Assembly (NCBI GenBank): GCA_934728255.1
Contig: CAKVEC010000005.1
Location: 8,419-72,418 of the forward strand
Origin: an uncultured Bacteroidales bacterium
GTDB taxonomy: Bacteria > Bacteroidota > Bacteroidia > Bacteroidales > Paludibacteraceae
Direction: 5' to 3'
DNA length: 64,000 bases
A program made the position numbers and the translations under genes. The notes below the pieces were generated by a model. The model saw nothing but the letters and a program-made list of their open reading frames with translations, did no database searches and had not been told where the DNA came from. Shown here in pieces: positions 55,813-64,000 of this stretch; position 1 is the first letter of the stretch, and every line of letters starts with the position of its first letter.

Positions 55813-56574
55813 ATGCGTAATTATAATGGAATGATGACATATAAAGACCAAATAGACAAATCGCGTATGCCGCGCCACGTGGCGATCATTATGGACGGCA
55901 ACGGGCGGTGGGCGAAGAAACAGGGCTTGGCGCGTATGTTCGGACACCGGCAGGGTGTACAGACCGTACATGACATTACCGTTGCCGCTGCCGAGATAGG
56001 TATAGAGTATCTGACGCTTTATACTTTCTCCACCGAGAACTGGAACCGCCCGAAAGAGGAGGTGGATGCGCTGATGAGTCTGTTGGTGGATACGATAGTG
56101 AAAGAGACGCCTACTCTGATGCAGAACAATGTGCGGCTGCTCACTATCGGCGATATTAGCCGTCTGCCTGAGGAGGCACGCCTGAAATTCGAGCAATGTA
56201 TGCGCGAGACGAGCCTGAATACGGGGCTGAAAATGGTCATTGCCCTCAGTTATTCCTCCCGCTGGGAGATAACTCACGCTATGCAGGAGGCTGTGCAAAT
56301 GGCACTTACAGGCGGGCTGCGCGTAGAGGATATCAATGAGGAGTTTGTATCGTCGTGTATGACAACCCGCAATATGCCCGACCCCGATTTGTTGATTCGT
56401 ACTAGCGGAGAACTGCGGCTGAGCAATTTTTTGCTGTGGCAGTTGGCTTATTCGGAACTCTATTTTACCGATTGCTTGTGGCCGGAGTTTACGCCCGAGG
56501 AGTTTTATAAAGCAATCGTAGATTATCAACATCGTGAACGTAGATTTGGCAAGACCAGTGAACAAATTCGTTAA
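55813..56574 (+). CDS. uppS: Isoprenyl transferase (undecaprenyl diphosphate synthase)
   Basis: '[13 protein letters not shown]', 'FSTENWNRP' and '[23 protein letters not shown]'. The true start may be at the Met pair at 55831/55834. Confidence 0.9.
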   Translation: MRNYNGMMTYKDQIDKSRMPRHVAIIMDGNGRWAKKQGLARMFGHRQGVQTVHDITVAAAEIGIEYLTLYTFSTENWNRPKEEVDALMSLLVDTIVKETPTLMQNNVRLLTIGDISRLPEEARLKFEQCMRETSLNTGLKMVIALSYSSRWEITHAMQEAVQMALTGGLRVEDINEEFVSSCMTTRNMPDPDLLIRTSGELRLSNFLLWQLAYSELYFTDCLWPEFTPEEFYKAIVDYQHRERRFGKTSEQIR

Positions 56575-59209
56575 TATACTATTTCTTCTTTTCTTTGTAT
56601 CTGTGGCTGCATTGGCACAAAATGCCAATCAGGCAATGGTTGCAGATACGATAGTGAGTGATTCGCCGTTTGTACAAGACAGCGCAGAAACCGATGTCCC
56701 CGAGATAGAGTACTCGTTGCAACGCAAGACCTACGAGATTGCAGGAATCGAGGTATCGGGGGCGGACAGTTACGAGGACTTTGTGCTGATCGGTTTTTCG
56801 GGACTGGCGGTCGGCGACAAGATCGAGGTGCCGGGCGACCAAATAACTAAGGCTATCAAGCGTTTTTGGAAACAGGGACTATTCTCCGACGTAAAGATCA
56901 AAGCGAAAAAGATAGAGGGCTCGAAAATCTGGTTACAGATCGAACTGAAGCAGCGTCCGCGTGTGTCGGAGGTGGCATATCAGGGATTGAAAAAGAGCGA
57001 GAAAGAGGATGTGGAGGTAAAAGTAGGTATCCGCAACGGCAGCCAGATGACGCCGAACCTGTCTGACCATGCCAAGACGGTTATCAAGAAGTATCTTGCC
57101 GAGAAAGGCTTCCACAATGCCGAAGTACAGGTGCTGGAATTTAACGACCAAGACCACCCCGGCTACGTGAAAGTGGCAATCAATGTGGATAAGAAGACCA
57201 AGACCAAGGTGGGGAAAATCTACATTACAGGTAACAATGCCTTGACACACAATCAGATCAACAAGGCAATGAAGAAGACGAATGACAACAACATCATCAA
57301 TCTCTTCCGCACCAAGAAGTTTGTTACTGAGGAGTATGAAAAGGACAAGCAAGCGGTAATAGAAAAATACAACGAAATAGGTTACCGCGATGCGTACATT
57401 GTTGCCGACAGCGTGGTGCCGAACCCCGAAGACCCGACGCGCGTGGATGTGTATATGACTGTCAGTGAGGGCGACAAGTATTATATCCGCAATATCAAAT
57501 GGGTGGGAAATACCGTTTATCCGTATGAGATGCTGGACGCTACGCTGGGTGTGAAAAAAGGCGATGTATATAACCTGAAGACCCTGAACGAGCGTTTGCA
57601 GTCGGACGACGATGCCGTTGCCAAATTATATACCGACCGTGGTTACCTGTTCTTTAATGTCGATCCGGTGGAAGTAAATGTAGAGAACGACAGTATCGAC
57701 TTTGAGATGCGAATGTATGAGGGCAAGCCCGCCACTATCAACCAAATCAATATAGTAGGTAACACGCGCGTGTATGAGCATGTGGTGCGCCGCGAACTCT
57801 ATACCAAGCCCGGGCAACTCTATTCGCAGTCCGATATTATGCGGTCGCTGCGTGAGTTGGCGCAGATGGGACACTTTGACCAAGAGAAATTAGTTCCCGA
57901 TATTCAACCAAACCCAGAAGAAGGAACGGTGGATATTACGTATCAGTTGGAAACCAAATCGAGCGACCAGATCGAGTTCTCTCTCGGTTGGGGAGCAACC
58001 GGTTTGGTGGGAACGCTGGGATTGAAGTTTACCAACTTTGCCATCCAAAACCTATTTAACAAAAAAGCATACCGCATTGTGCCGCAAGGTGAGGGACAGA
58101 CGTTCTCCATCAATGCCCGCACGAACGGTATCTACTATACCTCGGCAAGTCTTTCGTTCCTCGAACCGTGGTTGGGCGGAAAACGTCCTAACTCGCTGAG
58201 TGCGAGCATCTATTTTGCACAACAGACGGGTTATGCCGATAGTTATTATAAGGCATACCAGAATCTCTACAACACCTATTACAACAACTATTATGCATAC
58301 GGTAATTCGTCGGACTACTATCAGCAGTTGCAGGAATCGTATGCCGACAAGGACAAGTACTTGCGCACGTTTGGTGTGAGCATCGGATATGGCAAGCGTC
58401 TGCGCTGGCCGGACGACTATTTCACGTTCTATGGTGAGTTGAGTTATCAGATGTATATGATGAAAGACTGGCCTTACCTGCTGATTTCCAATGGTACGAG
58501 CCACAACCTTTCGCTTAATTTGCAACTCTCGCGCTCCAGTATAGACAACCCGATTTATACCCGCCGCGGTTCGCAGTTCTCTCTCGGTCTGAAGATAACT
58601 CCGCCGTATTCGCTGATTTCGGGTAAGGACTACTCGCAGATGACCACGGCAGAGCGGTATCACTTGATAGAGTACCACAAGTGGAAATTCTCCGGCAAGG
58701 TGTTCACCCCGCTGAGCAAAGACTCCAAGTTGGTGCTGATGACGCGTGCGGAGTTCGGCTATCTCGGCAACTACAACAAGGATGCCAAGTCACCGTTTGA
58801 GACATTCTATATGGGTGGCGATGGTATGTCGAGTTACACCAGTTATTCCACCGAATATGTAGCTATGCGTGGTTATTCATCCGGTTCGCTAACTCCGTAC
58901 GATGCTACTACGGGACGCAATATGGGTTATGTCTATAACAAGTTTACGATGGAGTTGCGTTACCCGATTGCGTTGGAGCAGAGTGCCACTATCTGGGCAC
59001 TGGCATTCGTGGAGGCGGGTAACTGTTTTTCGGACATCAAGCAGTACAACCCGTTTGACTTGAAGCGCAGTGCGGGTGTAGGTGTTCGTATCTTCCTGCC
59101 GATGTTCGGTCTGCTCGGTATTGACTGGGGCTGGGGCTTCGACAAAATCAATGGTTCCGACCAGTATGGCAAGAGTCAGTTCCATTTCGTCCTCGGACAG
59201 GAGTTGTAA
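56534..59209 (+). CDS. bamA: Outer membrane protein assembly factor BamA
   Basis: Signal peptide '[18 protein letters not shown]', POTRA repeats and a C-terminal barrel '...FHFVLGQEL'. Only GTG starts (56534 or 56558) precede the signal peptide, and both overlap the uppS 3' end. Confidence 0.9.
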   Translation: MNVDLARPVNKFVNILFLLFFVSVAALAQNANQAMVADTIVSDSPFVQDSAETDVPEIEYSLQRKTYEIAGIEVSGADSYEDFVLIGFSGLAVGDKIEVPGDQITKAIKRFWKQGLFSDVKIKAKKIEGSKIWLQIELKQRPRVSEVAYQGLKKSEKEDVEVKVGIRNGSQMTPNLSDHAKTVIKKYLAEKGFHNAEVQVLEFNDQDHPGYVKVAINVDKKTKTKVGKIYITGNNALTHNQINKAMKKTNDNNIINLFRTKKFVTEEYEKDKQAVIEKYNEIGYRDAYIVADSVVPNPEDPTRVDVYMTVSEGDKYYIRNIKWVGNTVYPYEMLDATLGVKKGDVYNLKTLNERLQSDDDAVAKLYTDRGYLFFNVDPVEVNVENDSIDFEMRMYEGKPATINQINIVGNTRVYEHVVRRELYTKPGQLYSQSDIMRSLRELAQMGHFDQEKLVPDIQPNPEEGTVDITYQLETKSSDQIEFSLGWGATGLVGTLGLKFTNFAIQNLFNKKAYRIVPQGEGQTFSINARTNGIYYTSASLSFLEPWLGGKRPNSLSASIYFAQQTGYADSYYKAYQNLYNTYYNNYYAYGNSSDYYQQLQESYADKDKYLRTFGVSIGYGKRLRWPDDYFTFYGELSYQMYMMKDWPYLLISNGTSHNLSLNLQLSRSSIDNPIYTRRGSQFSLGLKITPPYSLISGKDYSQMTTAERYHLIEYHKWKFSGKVFTPLSKDSKLVLMTRAEFGYLGNYNKDAKSPFETFYMGGDGMSSYTSYSTEYVAMRGYSSGSLTPYDATTGRNMGYVYNKFTMELRYPIALEQSATIWALAFVEAGNCFSDIKQYNPFDLKRSAGVGVRIFLPMFGLLGIDWGWGFDKINGSDQYGKSQFHFVLGQEL

Positions 59210-59254
59210 GGAGAGAGTTCCATGGTTGTTATGTTAGGTGGTAGAATTGTAAAG

Positions 59255-59731
59255 ATGGAGAAGTTTAGTCATATATGTTTGGCTCTATGCTTATTGTGTA
59301 CTATAATAATGATGTCATGTACCAATGAGTTCGGACAGAAACAAGGGCGGTTGATTGTAACGGATTTGCAGAGAGAGACGGTTGGCTTAATGGTTGAGGA
59401 TAATAGTACTCTTAATTGCAAACTGACATGGGATGGTGAGAAACAGTTGCACGTAGAATTTGGTGATGTATTTCCTTGCGACATGACCAAACTGAATATC
59501 AAATGCAGGGCAAAAGGAAATACTCTATACATAGATGAATACTATAATGGAGGACAAGCCAACGGAATACAGGTTTGCAAGGTGCAATTTGATGTACATC
59601 CCATAGTACAGAAAGATTGGACTGTATGTATAGGGTGTGGCAGTATATATGGAAATTCCGCAGAGTATACATTTCCTGTAACGTTGAGCAAGGATAAAGA
59701 AATAGTAACTTATTTCTCTGATTTGAAATAA
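59255..59731 (+). CDS. Hypothetical lipoprotein inserted between bamA and skp
   Basis: 'MEKFSHICLALCLLCTIIMMSC' is a signal peptide plus lipobox. No family recognised. Confidence 0.5.
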   Translation: MEKFSHICLALCLLCTIIMMSCTNEFGQKQGRLIVTDLQRETVGLMVEDNSTLNCKLTWDGEKQLHVEFGDVFPCDMTKLNIKCRAKGNTLYIDEYYNGGQANGIQVCKVQFDVHPIVQKDWTVCIGCGSIYGNSAEYTFPVTLSKDKEIVTYFSDLK

Positions 59732-60268
59732 ATGATGAAGACTATTGTCAAAAAATATCTGTTTGTTGCCGTTCTTTGTATGAGTGGCATAGTTTCTGCC
59801 TTTGCAGCCAAGGAACAGTCGATTGCGTATATTGACATGGCATACATTTTGAAGAACTTGCCACAGTATGAGTCGGCTAACGAGCAACTGACGATGATCA
59901 GCCGCCGTTGGCAAAAAGAGATTGATGCGCTCAACCAAGAGGCACGGGTATTGGCGACCAACTACCAGACCGAGCAGATCTTCCTTTCGGAGGAGATGAA
60001 ACGCCGCCGCGAAGAGGAGATTGTAGCCAAAGAGCAGGAAGTGCTGGAACTGAAACGCAAGTACTTCGGGCAGGACGGCGAATTGTTCAAGAAGCGCGAG
60101 GCACTCATCAAACCGATACAAGATGAGATCTATGCAGCCATTCAGGAACTGGCGAACGAGAAACATATAGATATTGTAAAAGACCGCTCTGCCGACCCAT
60201 CGCTCATCTATATGTCGAGCAAACTGGATATTAGCGACCAAGTGCTGCAGAAACTCGGAGCGAAATAA
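59732..60268 (+). CDS. OmpH/Skp family periplasmic chaperone
   Basis: Signal peptide, 'IAYIDMAYILKNLPQY', and a long helical Glu/Lys/Gln-rich hairpin region. Confidence 0.8.
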   Translation: MMKTIVKKYLFVAVLCMSGIVSAFAAKEQSIAYIDMAYILKNLPQYESANEQLTMISRRWQKEIDALNQEARVLATNYQTEQIFLSEEMKRRREEEIVAKEQEVLELKRKYFGQDGELFKKREALIKPIQDEIYAAIQELANEKHIDIVKDRSADPSLIYMSSKLDISDQVLQKLGAK

Positions 60269-60272
60269 CTTC

Positions 60273-60403
60273 AATGCATAATGCGTAATGCGTAATGCGC
60301 AATTCGTAATGCATAATGCATAATGAAAAGTCGGGTGGATGTCGGGTGGATGACGGGTGGATAGTCATTCTATCCTAAGCCTATCCTATGCGCATCCTAT
60401 AAC
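60273..60403. repeat. Composite word array: seven and a half 7-mers (aatgcat/aatgcgt...), 'aaaag', three 11-mers (tcgggtggatg), then tatcct-type words
   Basis: Read directly. 'gcgcatcctataac' (60390-60403) is identical to 15167-15180. Confidence 0.85.
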
Positions 60404-60450
60404 AAAATTAGCAAAAAGAAAATACGGATAATTAATAACAAAACACAATA

Positions 60451-60942
60451 ATGAAAAAACTTATTTTAGCACTTGCTTTGGCACTCCCGATGATTGCCTC
60501 GGCACAGAAATTCGGACATGTAAACACACAGGAACTCTTTGCACAAATGCCTGAGATGGCAACTATCAAACTGAAGATGGATACCGTGCAATCGCAGTAT
60601 GAGACCCAACTGGCTTCGATGCAGGAGGAGTTCCAAAAGAAAGCACAGGATTATCAGGCACAAGAGGCAACGATGGCTGCCGGCGTAAAACAAATTCGCC
60701 AACAGGAGTTGCAAGAGATGCAGCAGCGTATTCAATTGTTCTACCAAACGGCAGAACAGGATATCCAGAAGACTCAGCAAGACCTTATTGCTCCTGTACA
60801 CGAGCGTATGTCAAAGGCAATCCAAGCCGTCGGACAAAAAGAGGGATATACATATATCTTTGATTCCGCCGCAATGGTCTATATCGCACAGGATGCGGCT
60901 GACGTAATGCCTTCCGTAAAGAAAGAACTCGGCATTAAGTAA
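60451..60942 (+). CDS. OmpH/Skp family periplasmic chaperone (second copy)
   Basis: Signal peptide 'MKKLILALALALPMIASAQ', 'FGHVNTQELFAQMPE', and a Gln/Glu-rich helical region. Confidence 0.8.
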   Translation: MKKLILALALALPMIASAQKFGHVNTQELFAQMPEMATIKLKMDTVQSQYETQLASMQEEFQKKAQDYQAQEATMAAGVKQIRQQELQEMQQRIQLFYQTAEQDIQKTQQDLIAPVHERMSKAIQAVGQKEGYTYIFDSAAMVYIAQDAADVMPSVKKELGIK

Positions 60943-60980
60943 ATTCTTTGTTCATTGTCCTTTGTTCATTGTCCGGTACT

Positions 60981-61121
60981 ATGGCTGACGGTTATCTCGA
61001 AACCCATTATGCGGAATATGAGAAACGCAAGGCTGCGTGGCTCAAGAAGAAAAAACATCTCTCTGTGCGAAAGCCTACGCCACCTGCTAATCCTCAAAAA
61101 GAGGAAGACGAGGCTCTTTGA
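60981..61121 (+). CDS. 46-aa small basic protein (below ORF-track cutoff)
   Basis: My translation is MADGYLETHYAEYEKRKAAWLKKKKHLSVRKPTPPANPQKEEDEAL*. It resembles a small conserved Bacteroidota ORF that I recall only vaguely. Confidence 0.35.
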   Translation: MADGYLETHYAEYEKRKAAWLKKKKHLSVRKPTPPANPQKEEDEAL

Positions 61122-61184
61122 CAATGCATAATGCACAATGACTTACAAATTCCCCCATTTACAAATTTACAAATTGACTAAACT

Positions 61185-62558
61185 GTGGTAGAAAAACTGC
61201 AACAAACCCTGCGCGACTCGGCTGTAGCGCGTTGGACGGTACTCGTTTTGGTGGCATCGATGATGTTCTTTGCCTATATGTTTGTGGATATTCTCTCACC
61301 GCTGGCATCCTTATTGGATACATCCTATGGTTGGGATAGAGGTGATTTCGGTACATATGCTGCCGGTGAGTATCTGCTCAATGTGTTCGGTTTTTTGATT
61401 ATTGCCGGTATCATCCTGGACAAGATGGGTGTCCGTTTTACGGGTACGCTCTCCGCCGGTCTGATGGTTATAGGTGCAGCAATCAAATATATAGGTTTGA
61501 GCGATTGGTTTGATGCCAACAACGTGTCATGGCTCAACTCGTGGTGGACAGATATGCCCGGATCGGCTAAGTTGGCAATGTTCGGATTTATGATCTTCGG
61601 TTGCGGTTGCGAGATGGCTGGTACTACTGTGAGTAAGATTCTCGCCAAGTGGTTCAAAGGCAAGGAGATGGCACTCGCTATGGGACTTGAGATGTCTATC
61701 GCGCGTATCGGTGTGTTTGCCGCGATGCTTTTCTCGCCGATGATTAGTCACGCTTTTGCAGTGAATGGTACTGACTCCGTAGTGGCTCCGCTGCTTTTCT
61801 CAGCTCTGCTGCTCGTTATCGGACTGATCAACTTCTTGGTGTTCACCGTAATGGATACCAAGTTTGACAAACAACTGGTAGAGATTGGCGAAGCAACCGC
61901 AGAGAAAGACCCCGAAGATGAATTCCATATTTCCGACCTTGGACAGATCTTCAAATCGAAGATGTTTTGGATTGTGGCTATTCTCTGTGTGCTGTATTAT
62001 TCGGCAATTTTCCCCTTCCAGCGTTTTGCTACCAATTTCCTTGAGGAGACACTGCAAATATCAAATGCCGAAGCGGCAGGTCTGTTTAAATGGTTTCCGA
62101 TTTTGGCAATGGTACTGACGCCATTTCTCGGTGCGTTTATTGACAACAAGGGCAAAGGTGCTTCGATGATGATGATTGGTGCACTGATTATGATTGTGTG
62201 CCACTGCGTCTTTGCTTTCGTGTTGCCGCACTTCCCGAGTAAGACTTTGGCACTTGTTACCATTCTGGTGCTTGGTGTCAGTTTCTCGCTTGTGCCTGCA
62301 TCGATGTGGCCGTCGGTTCCGAAGATTATTGATGAGAAAGTACTCGGCTCGGCATATTGTCTGATTTTCTGGGTACAGAATATCGGACTTTGTCTGGTAC
62401 CGTTGCTGATAGGCAAACTACGTGAAGCAACAGGCGGATATCTTGTGCCGATGATAGTGTTTGCTAGTTTCGGCGTTATCGCCTTTGTTTTCTCATTGCT
62501 CTTGAAGATTGAAGACAAAAAGAAGGGCTATGGATTGGAACTTCCTAATAAAAAATAA
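61185..62558 (+). CDS. MFS transporter
   Basis: 457 aa with about 12 hydrophobic helices in a 6+6 layout around a central loop. GTG start. Confidence 0.75.
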   Translation: MVEKLQQTLRDSAVARWTVLVLVASMMFFAYMFVDILSPLASLLDTSYGWDRGDFGTYAAGEYLLNVFGFLIIAGIILDKMGVRFTGTLSAGLMVIGAAIKYIGLSDWFDANNVSWLNSWWTDMPGSAKLAMFGFMIFGCGCEMAGTTVSKILAKWFKGKEMALAMGLEMSIARIGVFAAMLFSPMISHAFAVNGTDSVVAPLLFSALLLVIGLINFLVFTVMDTKFDKQLVEIGEATAEKDPEDEFHISDLGQIFKSKMFWIVAILCVLYYSAIFPFQRFATNFLEETLQISNAEAAGLFKWFPILAMVLTPFLGAFIDNKGKGASMMMIGALIMIVCHCVFAFVLPHFPSKTLALVTILVLGVSFSLVPASMWPSVPKIIDEKVLGSAYCLIFWVQNIGLCLVPLLIGKLREATGGYLVPMIVFASFGVIAFVFSLLLKIEDKKKGYGLELPNKK

Positions 62559-63759
62559 GGACTCGCTCTGTGTGAGTACCGATACACGCAATCTGCCGGC
62601 AGGTTGCGTGTTCTTTGCGCTTCGCGGTGACAATTTCGACGGCAACCGTTTTGCCGCACAAGCTCTAGACAACGGGGCTTCGATGGCGATTGTCTCTGAT
62701 GAAGACATTTATAAACAGATAGCGGCAGAATACGGATCAGACAAATCCATTCTTATCCCACTCTCTTTGAGGGGGAGGGGAGGAGTCGTTGCTCTTCAAA
62801 GCCTTGCCCGTGCTTGGCGTCGTGAACTCGGGTTGCCTATCATTGGCATTACAGGGACCAATGGCAAGACAACGACAAAGGAACTGACGGCAGCGGTGCT
62901 TTCTACAAAGTACAATATCTATTATACACAGGGAAACTTGAACAATTCCATCGGCGTACCGCTTACGCTGTTGAGCATCACGCGTGCGCACGAGATGGCT
63001 ATTGTAGAGATGGGGGCTTCGCACCCGGGCGATATACGCGAATTGGTGACTGTCGCCGAACCAAACTATGGGCTTATCACCAATGTAGGGCACGCCCACT
63101 TGCAAGGCTTCGGTTCTTTCGAGGGGGTACAGCAGACCAAAAAAGAACTATACGACTATATCTGCGAACACGGAGGCAAAATTTTCCGAAATACGGATAA
63201 TCCATACCTGGCAAAGATGGCGGGTAATCTGACTACGATCCCCTATACCACGGGTACAATGCCTGCAGGAACGCATCTTGTTGGGAATTACAATGCCGAG
63301 AACATCTCTGCGGCACTCTGTGTCGGTGAGTATTTCGGTATCCCCCGTGAGCAGGGATTGGAGGCTATACGCAACTATATCCCCTCCAACGGGCGTTCGC
63401 AGGCAATGGACACAGCGCACAACCACCTCATTGTAGATGCATACAATGCCAACCCCACGTCTATGCAGGTGGCCATCGATGCTTTTACAGGCGATACGTA
63501 TATCCTCGGGGCAATGCGCGAATTGGGTGAATACTCTCATTTGGCGCATCAAAACATAGTGAATATGCTGGCTGAGCGCAAGGCAGAATTGGTGTTTCTT
63601 GTAGGCGACGAATACACGGATACTACTAGCCCTTATCCTGTATTTAGCACGATTGACGACTTGTGCGACTATCTGCAGAAACATCCGCTGCAAGGGCGGC
63701 ATATTTTGCTCAAAGGTTCACATTCCAACCATATGGAAAAAGCAATACAATACCTATAA
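62530..63759 (+). CDS. murF: UDP-N-acetylmuramoyl-tripeptide--D-alanyl-D-alanine ligase
   Basis: 'STDTRNLPAGCVFFALRGDNFDGNRFA', 'GITGTNGKTTTKEL', 'DAYNANP' and 'LKGSHS'. The start is taken at MDWNFL (62530). Confidence 0.85.
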   Translation: MDWNFLIKNKDSLCVSTDTRNLPAGCVFFALRGDNFDGNRFAAQALDNGASMAIVSDEDIYKQIAAEYGSDKSILIPLSLRGRGGVVALQSLARAWRRELGLPIIGITGTNGKTTTKELTAAVLSTKYNIYYTQGNLNNSIGVPLTLLSITRAHEMAIVEMGASHPGDIRELVTVAEPNYGLITNVGHAHLQGFGSFEGVQQTKKELYDYICEHGGKIFRNTDNPYLAKMAGNLTTIPYTTGTMPAGTHLVGNYNAENISAALCVGEYFGIPREQGLEAIRNYIPSNGRSQAMDTAHNHLIVDAYNANPTSMQVAIDAFTGDTYILGAMRELGEYSHLAHQNIVNMLAERKAELVFLVGDEYTDTTSPYPVFSTIDDLCDYLQKHPLQGRHILLKGSHSNHMEKAIQYL

Positions 63760-63764
63760 ACTCT

Positions 63765-64000
63765 ATGAAAAAATCAATTGTCATCCCAGTGATTGTAGTG
63801 CTCGTATTGGGCATTGCTGCATTATTGTTCCTTAATTTTCACCAAAAGCAGGAACTGAACGAGATGGTGGAGCAGATGGAGTTCGAGAAATCGGAACTCG
63901 AAGACGAGTACGAAGATCTGGCACTCCAGTTTGACGGATATCAGCAAATGAATATCCAAAACGATTCGCTCCAAGAGCGTTTGGCGCAAGAGCAACAGCG
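63765..64000 (+). CDS. Membrane-anchored coiled-coil protein, 3' end cut by window edge
   Basis: An open frame with no stop runs to nt 64000. My translation is MKKSIVIPVIVVLVLGIAALLFLNFHQKQELNEMVEQMEFEKSELEDEYEDLALQF... It is not in the ORF track because no stop codon is reached. Confidence 0.45.
   Translation, partial: MKKSIVIPVIVVLVLGIAALLFLNFHQKQELNEMVEQMEFEKSELEDEYEDLALQFDGYQQMNIQNDSLQERLAQEQQ

Noticed and set aside
60273-60363. Short tandem arrays here and at 4149, 17720, 34079, 44679, 51922 and 54830, considered as CRISPR arrays.
   Set aside because: The repeat periods are only 7-14 bp with no unique spacers between units, and no cas genes are in the window.

Overview
The window looks like a Bacteroidota chromosome. 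The order (Bacteroidales) and a Prevotella-like identity are inferred only from gene content, TAnnTTTG-type promoters and the DUF6089-uppS-bamA-skp-skp synteny.

Two housekeeping blocks flank an accessory-looking stretch:
- Block 1 (1-19.9 kb): DUF1016 nuclease, LTA-synthase-like protein, CDF transporter, folK, cvpA, a TonB-dependent receptor with its lipoprotein, asnS, dnaB, meaB, DUF1573, RelA/SpoT, an amidase and MlaD.
- Block 2 (45-64 kb): patatin, a lipoprotein with a TSP3/OmpA protein, yebC, rsmG, an MBL hydrolase, yhhQ, a dGTPase, DUF6089, uppS, bamA, two skp/ompH genes, an MFS transporter and murF.
- Accessory stretch (about 20.1-44.7 kb): no integrase or transposase is visible, but it is packed with conflict and signalling modules.

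Modules in the accessory stretch:
1. A HepT/MntA toxin-antitoxin pair.
2. A 12.6-kb, two-operon cluster with five FHA domains, three Hanks-type Ser/Thr kinases, one PP2C phosphatase, an FHA-anchored trypsin-like protease, BACON proteins and a TPR protein.
3. Two unknown ORFs and a catalytically degenerate PBP-transpeptidase-like lipoprotein.
4. A tightly coupled JAB / E2-like / 59-aa mini-ORF / E1-like / GG-fusion cassette. This is my top candidate for an undescribed ubiquitin-like conjugation system, because no beta-grasp-sized Ubl is present. The mini-ORF is not in the supplied ORF track.
5. An SF1 helicase-nuclease with a membrane partner.

I saw no rRNA, tRNA or CRISPR array.

Noncoding signals:
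- Two homologous 270-320 nt elements that end in a terminator, which are candidate ncRNAs.
- A 105-nt hairpin with perfect 29-bp arms.
- Pervasive modular arrays of 7-bp and 11-bp 'words' in the intergenic spacers, with identical 14-23-mers recurring tens of kb apart.

All family assignments come from reading motifs by eye. No searches were run.
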